Assembly: GCA_013115145.1 (NCBI GenBank)
Contig: JAAPAO010000010.1
Coordinates: forward strand, 1-64,000
Direction of reading: 5' to 3'
DNA from: Perkinsus chesapeaki ATCC PRA-425
Lineage: Eukaryota; Protista; Perkinsozoa
Length of the DNA stretch: 64,000 bases
Below the pieces are notes generated by a model. The model saw only the letters and a list, made by a program, of their open reading frames with translations. It did no database searches and was not told where the DNA came from. Positions 23,186 through 32,342 of this stretch are shown one piece after another; position 1 is the first letter of the stretch, and each line of letters opens with the position of its first letter. The translations under genes were made by a program, and so were the position numbers.

Positions 23186-26100
23186 TTAGAAACCACGATC
23201 AGCATTGAGGAATGATGGGGGCGAGAGGAAGGAGTACACGTTTGAGCCGGGGCTGCGGCGGACCTGAGTTGAGACAAGGCTCCAAACACGTGGGCAGCTG
23301 CTCGAGTAGTACGAGGCTTCGACTTCGCAGTCTGGCCGGCAGCTCCGAGCGTATTATATCGGTAATATCACCAACGATTTGCATGTTGAGATTAAAGTAG
23401 CTATGTCGAAGAGAATGTACCTGAAAGAGAGATAGGGAGTGGGAAAGGGTGAGCGGCGAGGTGGCACGTTTTGGTCCATATCGGTGCAGTCTATGACGTC
23501 AATCCTATCACATAGTGGCCCACGTCTTCGGGATACTCGACCAGTTGTGCCTGTTATGAATATTCGTGAACCAGAAAACTGAGAACCATCTTACCAGATA
23601 TAGTCATCGACACCCCACTGACGTCATCGCTGACAAGTCGGCTACATTCGTCGTTCGCAGGGCAGGGCATCTGATGGAAACAATAACACCTTAGCGAGTA
23701 TAGGGCAGCAGAATAAGAAATCTGTAAAGAAGCGGTCTCTAGAAATGGACCTTCGACTCACCCGGACGTCATCAGTATGGCGACCAAGACTTTTGGTTCG
23801 GTTGAAGGTCTCGGCCCAGAACAGGGCACCATCGTTACGATCGGCATACACAGTTGTACGGGCTACATACCTAGGGAGGGAATGGTGCTCGGCGAGGACT
23901 GGTCGAGACGGCGGTACCGCTCTAACAAGGGCACATCGGTGGTCTTGAAGGCTTCCAGATCGTAGTCAGGGTTCATTAGGCAGACGTTACGGATATTAAT
24001 GAGACGACGATCTCCTGCTTCAATGCAGCTCAGGTCGTCATCGCTTCTGCCGCAGTTGGACATCTTCATGGGGCGTGGAGCGTCGATGAAAGGCTCCAAA
24101 GGTATGGCCGGGGAGGAGGCCCTCCGGAAAGTCTAGAAATACCGATGATGACAGTAATACACAAATCTTACTTCATCTAGGTAACCGTCACGAATCAAAT
24201 CATGAAAGGCACTGAACCATAGCCTAGCACCCATCGAATGAGTTAATATCTGAACATCAGGGGGGCCAACATCATCATCATCCGACACAGTGCTATATTA
24301 TTGGTGCCTATTAGTGCATAGTGCAACATTAGTAGTAAAGCTATACAGTGGAAGCGAGGGGTATACTAGTGTATGGAATGCACTGAAGACCGGTCAATGA
24401 GAGCGAGGGAAAGTCGTCCAAGCACCCTCGTCTGCTAGAAGACTGCTAAGTAGACCCCTAGACGGTCGTCTTGTACAGCACTAGATGCCAAGCGCTAATG
24501 GTAGACCAGCTGTAGAGGTTCGTTCAATGACCATATCATTCTGGTTCAACTTATAAGTTTTAAGAGCCGTACATGAATCCTCGTAACCCCACACTCCCCA
24601 AGTCGCCTTATCAGCTTAGCACAGTCTTCGCCATATATCGGAACCTAATTGAACAATGGCAATGTTATACAACGGAGGGCACGTACCGCGGCCTTTGCCT
24701 GGAAGTACATGAGTGCTTGACCTGTGGACTGGGAGAACACTATTGGTAAAATATTGCTGACAGAAAAAACACGTATCGGGGATCGAACCGAGGACCCTTC
24801 GTGTAGGAGACGCGAAGCCTTGCCGCTACACCACTTACGCAGGTATTCTTCCCAACGCTAATAGCTGTCCTAGTTTACACAATGCAAACTCTGTGCTGCA
24901 GTTATACCCATGCATGAAGATCAATGCCTCGCCACGATCCGCCGTTACTTGGGTTCTAAATAAAAATACCGCTCCCCGGGATCGAACCCGAGTGAGTCGC
25001 TTCCTCACGGTATCCTCATATAATCCTCCTTCCTAAGGTATATCCTATTGCCCAATGCATGATACTCTATCGACCCTCTCACACATCCTTCACATTCACC
25101 ATTGGCATCTCGAGGACCCTGTGTTAGGACTTCCAGCTCGTCATCGTTAACTGAATGCAAATACCTTCCAAGCATCAGCCGCCCAGGCCCTGGGCCCCAG
25201 GATGACTACCTATAGTGAAATCCAGATCCAGATTCATCTCATCTTGAGCTTGAGCTGCATACTGTCTATGAGCTGTACTGCTAACGTCATCATCATCCAG
25301 ACTTTGTTGATCTGAACAGAAGAATTCATTAGGCGATTCATCCAGCGTCATGGGCATGTGCTCCACGAGACCCAAGAGATCATAAAGTAGAATTATAATT
25401 ATCACATGTCAAACTACTACATGGTAGGATGTTAGAGTCAGATTCTGAGCCGTCAATTAATGCTGCCCCTTCTCCTATTGTCCTTACTACTTTATTCAAT
25501 TACACAAGTACTACATATTATAATGAAGGATATACGAGGAGGACTGCCTCACTGCTGCTCAAGGGGTGGATGAGCGGAGTATGGGGAATTAACCGGAAGA
25601 ATAATAAACTCGGAAATCGCTACACTCAGCGAGATTTCTATCCGTCCTATATAGCAAACGGAATCGAATACATCCCCTCTGAGCATTCCTCGATGTTCTT
25701 CTATGACACCTTATAGCCCATATTACCATCATCTGACGCCATTATCTTTGCCGGTGCCCTCGACGCCCGAACTTCTGCGATAGCCTGAATGCCAACCAGT
25801 TAATGCTGATACAAGGGAAGGATACTCCTACGCCCGAAAGGCTTTCAAATAGAATATGTTCGCCGGTAGTAGGAAGATGTTCGAAGAACCCACCACCAGT
25901 AGAGGCCTCAACACCACATGCTCCATACCTAAGCAGCAATACAATGTAATGGAGGATCGTGTACCATTTTACACGAGCAAATGCGTCGAATCGGCGTCTC
26001 TTGGGAAGTACGGAGGATTTCAGGGCAATAAGACTACTACGATGGGATACTCCTTTGCCTTATATTCTTTAACTAAACCTGTCTCTTCCTCCTAGCCTCC

Positions 26101-28100
26101 CCAGTAATACCTTATCCCCTGCTCCGATCTCTGTGGTATGCAATACTTCTGATCTAATGCCTCCATCCGTGATGTACAATATGCTACGTGCTGGGATGAG
26201 AACGTAGCACCACTTCCTTGAAAGTAACAATGTAATACACTCATTATTTTCACGTCATCATCACTTACCGCGCTCTCGTGACGTGAAGGGCCCCACAGGC
26301 AGCCCATGCCGCCATCGGCCGAACAGACACTCTCCATGATAGGAATCATCCGACCACACACCATACCCGTGCGGATATCCGTCTCTACAAGATTGGCATT
26401 ACCGCGCGCCACAAAATTCAAGTCCAACCTGTCCACTGTGCCACTATATGTGAAGGTGAAGCGTCGACCAAAGATTCCACTCGGTCTGTAGGAGAACTTC
26501 ACCGAATCTTTATGAGGAGAATCAACCTGTCTAAATCTGAACCAGAGCTTCGCGCCCTGCGGCCAGAGCTCCAGCTTGGAGACCTGAGGGATGAAGTGTA
26601 AGCTCGAGGACGTGTCGTTGGTACTATAAAAGGGTAAAGCCAATGTGTTATCACATAGGCCACAAATACGATGAATTCAAGCGTTAGAAACCAACCTGAA
26701 AATGATAAACAAATAACAGAAATACAGCGGAGCGAAGCAGCACCAACCAATCACTGTAGTTTCCCCAGATGTTAGGTCCGAGAACAGACTTGGCCGTTTT
26801 GCCTCGTAATCGAATACCCAGAGATACCTAAGATACCACACCAAGTCCAGCGTTGGGTCTAACGTTATCTAAGTATTACCACATCATTGCCAGATATAAT
26901 ATGGCTAATGCTAGCTTCCCTGTTACATGTTCAGGAGTTTGCCAACAAGAGTATATAGTAGCACCACATACCACTGTTGTTGCTATTATTAGTATAGCTA
27001 ATACCCACGGGGAGTGTATCACATCAGATGCCTGAGCTTAATATATTTTAAATTATTCATTGGTTACTAGATAATCAAACTATTATAGATTACAGGGCTC
27101 AGTGATAAGGTATCTCTTAACCTTTATCAAATGACATCTCAATAGCAAGTACATTCCTCAGCCCTTAGATATCAAAGTTAAGCGGAATCCTGCCAATTTC
27201 CTTGATTTTTTCTCCTGGGCCACCTCACACAACGGTGAGAATCTTAGACGGTTAAAGTGAATGTCCATAACTATTGAACCACCCCAAGCCCTTATTACAT
27301 CCCTATCATCACTCGTGCTCGACATGAAAGCCAGCTGTGTTAGTATAAATAATATAACCAGGAACACCACGGTAACTTTGACCGCTTTACCCCCTCTGCC
27401 TCGAGCCCTGGCTCTTCCCCCCAGAACCTGCTCCATGCCTTCTTATTGCCTCAATATCCACCGCCCTTACCCTCTGGAGCCGCCTCTTTTCCATAGCAAA
27501 GAAAGACTTCATCAATGCCTTCTCGTTCAACGGCGCACTAACGGCATAAATGGTTAAAAAGTAACTTGTCTTTGTAAAACCTACTTCCTATTATAGAGTG
27601 CAGTGAAGCTCCGGGACATGGTATTAACGCCTCCACTAAGAGTCTCTGGCACCACCAGTACCACCACAGTCATTCCATTATTATTACTTCTATATACATG
27701 AAGCCTTCCTGCGCCGTTATCTCTCCCTTGGTTACTTATATCAGTTTCGGGCGTATTAATAATATTATTCCTACTATTATCATCCTCTATTGTAACCTTC
27801 GGGGACCTCACAGTAACTGCACACAGGACAATGATACCGCGGAGTCGACAAGGCGATTACCTGGGCCACGGACCTCTGTTGGGCTTGTCGCTGATGGAAT
27901 TAAGTCGGGTTCAGCTACTCTTGTCAAAGCACTGCTGCTCATATAACTACTGTTGACGCTGGATGGGGTGTAGTAAATTGGTAGGAAAGTTCTGGTGTAA
28001 ATTTTAGGAGTTACGACGACTAAACCACCACTTGGTGTTGTTGATGATGATGACGGTGGAGAGGCTCTGGTTCTGTTACTTCTATTAGTTCTTCTTCTTT
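23186..28100 (-). CDS. Multi-exon alpha/beta hydrolase (DUF900-like) with N-terminal TM segment
   Basis: Hand-spliced motifs in the order typical of DUF900: ALIFMHGYN (exon 24955-24839), IVFSQSTG, RIHILTHSMGAR (nucleophile elbow), NVCLMNPD, MYADRNDGAL, HSYFNLN. Upstream exons join in frame to about 26100; inclusion of 26100-28100 is less certain. Confidence 0.75.
24764..24840 (-). pseudogene. Degenerate tRNA gene forming intron 24838-24757
   Basis: GCGTAAG-TGGTGTAGCGG (A box)-CAAGGC-TTCG[CG]T-CTCCTAC-ACGAA-GGGTC-CTCGG-TTCGATC-CCCGA (B box/T arm)-TACGTG-TTTTTT. The acceptor and D stems are imperfect. Confidence 0.8.
24962..25008 (-). pseudogene. tRNA 3'-half relic inside the 53-nt intron 25008-24956
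   Basis: CTCGG-GTTCGATC-CCGGG T arm/B box, then a 7-nt acceptor strand GAGCGGT, discriminator A and TTTTT. Confidence 0.65.
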
Positions 28101-28698
28101 TGTTATTATCCTATTAAATGACACAATTTAATTGTCCCTATGTCTCTCAGTAGTACAGTTAAGTTATTGGCAACTGTAGCAGGCTGTAGAAGTGGTACAC
28201 GAAGAGGGGCCAATAAAGTTGACAATTGGTATAATTAAACAAAAGGCCTGCGCCAATAAAAGTGCTTCAATCATTAAAAAATAATAATAATTTCGCGAAA
28301 GTCTAGCGGAGCGACGCACGAGACGTAATGCTCATGAATATTCTCGCTCGCCCGATAATGTATTCGAGCTTCCTCCCTTCCCTTGACGTGTTGCTTCTTC
28401 AAGGGTATCGGAATGTGGAGGGTCGATACTTGCTGCCCATACCTTCATTCGATCTGGGGAAGATCGAGTAAGCGTCAAGCATTTTACCGCTGGAGTGAAT
28501 CACTTGCTGAAAGTTGTTAACGACGCAAGGCCCTCGGCAATACCTCGGTCTTTCAAGCAGTCCCCGGCGTCTCGTTTTCAGGGCTCATACTTTCCTCGTT
28601 TGCACAGGGCCTTACGAAGCAGCCTTTGCTCCTCCACAGGTCTATAGGTCAATCTTGTCTTTGTTCAGAGTTGCTAAACTGTATTTATAACTCCTAAC

Positions 28699-29483
28699 AT
28701 GCTGAAATCAACAATGGTCTTCGCTTTGGCACCGTGGCTGGATGCTTTGACCCTTGGTGGTAACGCCCCCAAAGTAAGTTACGCTGGACCATATCAACTC
28801 TATTCTCATATTAGGTATTCACTGATAACATCCCAGAGTCCCTTAACTCCTGCTACGCCTTCAGCAAGGCTTCCCAAACATGGGCCTGGTTCAAGGCTCT
28901 CGATGACGACAGCGGCAAGAACTCTCGCGACGTATTCGTCTCCTCTCTTATGTGTCTAACCCCTGACCGTGAAGGCAAAGACGTTATGGAGGTTCCGGCA
29001 AGCTCGCTGAAGTAGGCGTCAATTCCGACCTAAGTCGAGCGCGTAGTGCTTCCTGTTGTGTTCCTCAGGCAGCTGAGTAGGAACGGCGCCTTCGGTCCAG
29101 CTTATAAGAGCTACAAGCCGAAGAAGGGCGGCAGGAAGGTTAACGGAATGCCGTATCCTTCGGCTAGTAACAAGAACTGTGCTCTGTGGGTGTATCGTCT
29201 CGCCAAGTATTACCGCGATGTTGGTATCATTGATGACGTTGCTGAAGATATGAAGAGGAGAAACTATGACAAGAAGATTGTTAAGGATGCCACGGCCAAG
29301 TTCATAGAAGCGCTTTGTCAAGTTCAAAGGAACGGTATTCTCAAGGAGTCCGGCTTACCGAAAATTGGTGGCAAAGGAGGAGAGGCTGGCGATGCGACAC
29401 AAGTAAATGCGAAGTTGGCTGTTACGGGGGACAACGACGAGGAGGAAGAAGCAAATGCCGGCGAAGGTGAGGAAGAAGAATAA
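28699..29483 (+). CDS. Orphan 228-aa protein with a Lys-rich core and acidic tail (3 exons)
   Basis: Introns 28774-28814 and 29012-29068 (GT-AG) give a continuous 687-nt frame with C-ending codon bias; it ends NDEEEEANAGEGEEEE*. Confidence 0.8.
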
Positions 29484-30362
29484 ACAAGTGAAGATACCGC
29501 GGATGATATCTACAAGCCTTATAACTTAAAAACATAACTTATAGATTTAATGTGATTAGCATGATTGATGTTCATGTCTGATGGAATTACGTTGGACATT
29601 CAGTGCAACATGGCTTAGTGTACGAGTCATCTTAACTCACTCACGTGAAGGCTAATCTCGAATCAGAGGGCATGATGCCAATGCCTTGCCTTCATTCATT
29701 TCACCGGGAAGCACACCAAGTTCAGGCTGTATTCGGGCTCGCAAATCCTTCGAAAGGTGTAGCCTAACGACGCGCTTTGCCAAGTTCTAAAGGAGTCTAG
29801 TGAGCACTGCAGGTGTTCGCGTTGAATGATTTCATCTTGTTTTGGCGTTATCATTCTAGCACAACCACTCATAGCTGCAACAACCTGGCACGGCTTTTAG
29901 TACGGGGCACAGAAGCAAGTTCTAAAATCTACCCATGTCCTCGGGCTTTGGTGCAGATCATACCGCGACTGGTGAATCTGTCCATGTTGAGCCATATAGA
30001 TTATGATCTATCATAGCCGTACCGATGGCACCGCTCCCTCTTGATAAATGCAGTGAAGGTTTATGAGTGACTTGCCAATTCTGCGAGATGGTCAACCAAG
30101 TTTGGAAGTGTGGAAGTGAGATTCTTTGTAAACAGCGACTAGATGGTCAACATGTATGGTGTGTGTGCCAATTATAGAATACAGTGTATTGAAACATAAC
30201 ACAAACACAGTCTTTGTGCTCCGGAATGCGCTTAGCGGTAAAAATAAAAACGAGATTTTTGCACGGAGAAGACATGTACCTTCCCTGCAAATGAAAATGA
30301 AGTGGTAAAAACCGGAGACTCTTTGAAGATACTATCAGTAATGATTAGAATAAAAATAGTCT

Positions 30363-31718
30363 CTACTCCAGAGGAGGGAATTCATCTTGCATGTTAGCTC
30401 TTAAACTCCTTGCGCCTCTCCTGAACATCGGGTATCTTGTTGCCATCAATACGACATTATATGGGCTTAGTGCTCCGGCGCCGGCCTTCAACGGTCGGCC
30501 AGGAGTGGTGAAACGGTGTGCGTAGTGCGTAATCATACGCTTCACGTAGTGAGGCTTCACGTCCATCGATAACAGTAGTGCGGCCGTACCAGCTACCAAC
30601 GGTGTAGCCCATGAAGTGCCATAAGAGTATTCAGTGCTACCAGAAGTAGGTATACCAGAATATACATATGTTCCAGGGGCGGCAATATCAACACGATCAC
30701 CGTAGTTGCTCCAGGAAGCAACAGTGTAGTCATCCGTATCTTCGAGGGCGGCAACACACATAAAATTACTTCCACCAAGTGCACAAGGATAGAAGTCGTC
30801 AGCCAGTTTCCCCAGGTTGCCAGCTGGGGCCACAACAATGATACCATTCCGGTCCGCCTCTCGAAAAGCAGGGGCAAGAATACTTCGTGTGAAATGACTT
30901 CGATCCTTGCCACCGAATCCAATGGAGATAACATCAGCTCCGATATCGATAGCCGCATTGATAGACTCGGCCATAGCCGAATAACTACCATATCCCGAGG
31001 CGTTGTTGCCAACGAATGATGCAAATCTTACGTTGGGCGACATACCAGTCATATCTATAGAGTTGTTACGGGTAGCACCTATTAGTCGAGCAGTGACGGT
31101 ACCATGAGGGTTACGGGCATCCAGAACTGATGAATCATTGAGGAAGTTCCAACCACCGTAGTAGTAGCCACCACTTTTCTTGCGGAATATTCCTCGAGTC
31201 TGAGCCAGATCCGGATCGGTGAAGTTGATCCCGCTGTCGAGCACCGCAACGGTTACCATCCGGCGGACATACGGAGCGGCAAGCTTCCAGACTTCCCCCA
31301 TTCGCATGCGTATAAGCTGATGCTGCTTGTGGGCATTGGGGTCGTTTACGTGGAGATCAGAATCTAGAGCAGTCTGCTTGTCGAGTAAGTTCTTGGAGCA
31401 TACAATTTCCATTAAATCCAACTTAGCAGCTGTCTCATTTAGGAAGGTACATAGATCATCCGAGCTCACTGTGGTGTTGGATGTGTCGACAATTTGAAGT
31501 TTGGCGTAGCTGAGGGTCTTGACGGAGGCGTTACGAAGGAAGGCTTCAATCTTCTGGTCGGCTTCGAAGCCAGCGTCGGTCAAGCGCTTAGGGACTTCGC
31601 AAACGTCGATGAGGGTATCTTCGCTGGTGATCGACAAGATAGTCTTGCTGTCGTAAACTTCGGGCTGGCCCTGAGCCGCAGTATGTAGAGTTAGGGGCAG
31701 GAACGATAAGAACCTCAT
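30363..31718 (-). CDS. Subtilisin-like serine protease (S8), intronless, secreted
   Basis: Catalytic motifs VAVLDSG, PHGT, GTSWATPLVAG and oxyanion APAGN. The signal MRFLSFLPLTLHTAAQG starts at 31718, downstream of a TTTTTCTTCAG acceptor-like site. Confidence 0.95.
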   Translation of the reverse strand: MRFLSFLPLTLHTAAQGQPEVYDSKTILSITSEDTLIDVCEVPKRLTDAGFEADQKIEAFLRNASVKTLSYAKLQIVDTSNTTVSSDDLCTFLNETAAKLDLMEIVCSKNLLDKQTALDSDLHVNDPNAHKQHQLIRMRMGEVWKLAAPYVRRMVTVAVLDSGINFTDPDLAQTRGIFRKKSGGYYYGGWNFLNDSSVLDARNPHGTVTARLIGATRNNSIDMTGMSPNVRFASFVGNNASGYGSYSAMAESINAAIDIGADVISIGFGGKDRSHFTRSILAPAFREADRNGIIVVAPAGNLGKLADDFYPCALGGSNFMCVAALEDTDDYTVASWSNYGDRVDIAAPGTYVYSGIPTSGSTEYSYGTSWATPLVAGTAALLLSMDVKPHYVKRMITHYAHRFTTPGRPLKAGAGALSPYNVVLMATRYPMFRRGARSLRANMQDEFPPLE

Positions 31719-32342
31719 GGCGAAATGGTGGAAGGGAAGGATTCCTGAAGAAAAATGCTTCATGTGGACAGCCTCGGCCGACTGGCAAACGACTCATTCC
31801 TCGAATGGTCGAGACGGGAGACTACTGAGGATGACGCCTCCGCGTCACCAGTGACGCTACACGTGTTCGCGTCACCCATGGTGAGATGGGTCTCTCTAAG
31901 GGACTATCAAAGCTCAACCGGACGATCGAATGCCTTATAAATAGCGCTACATCTCAAAGAGGAGTCGTGAGAGGGACTTTAAAAACGGTTATGAAGACTC
32001 TACAGTATCGCGCTGTACTTAGGAGACGCTCCACCGAAGAGCAGTCTCCATCGAGGGAGCGTCCTTGTCGGTTGCAACGCAATAACGTATTGCTCTACCG
32101 GTGTTGCTGATGCTTTGTTGTGCGCTCGGGGGCATAACGCTTCCGAGTTCATCATGATTTGTTCAACTCACTGAGTTGAACTCAGCTCAAGTGCTGATGA
32201 GCTGAGGCGCCGCCCAGAACACCAGGAAACACTCCCTTCAAGTGAGAACTCGAGTGATTGACAATAAAGCGTCGCGCGAGGGATGAAACGGTTCAAATGA
32301 GCAATCGTATAGACACACTGGTAAGCAAAATAGCATAGAGTA

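Noticed and set aside
25660-25690. TATTCGATTCC in another hydrolase intron, as a third tRNA relic
   Set aside because: It lacks the GG of the B box, a T stem and a terminator; too weak to support.
31719-31763. Upstream ATG extending the subtilisin
   Set aside because: It lies upstream of an acceptor-like TTTTTCTTCAG site and masks the signal peptide; ATG 31718 fits better.
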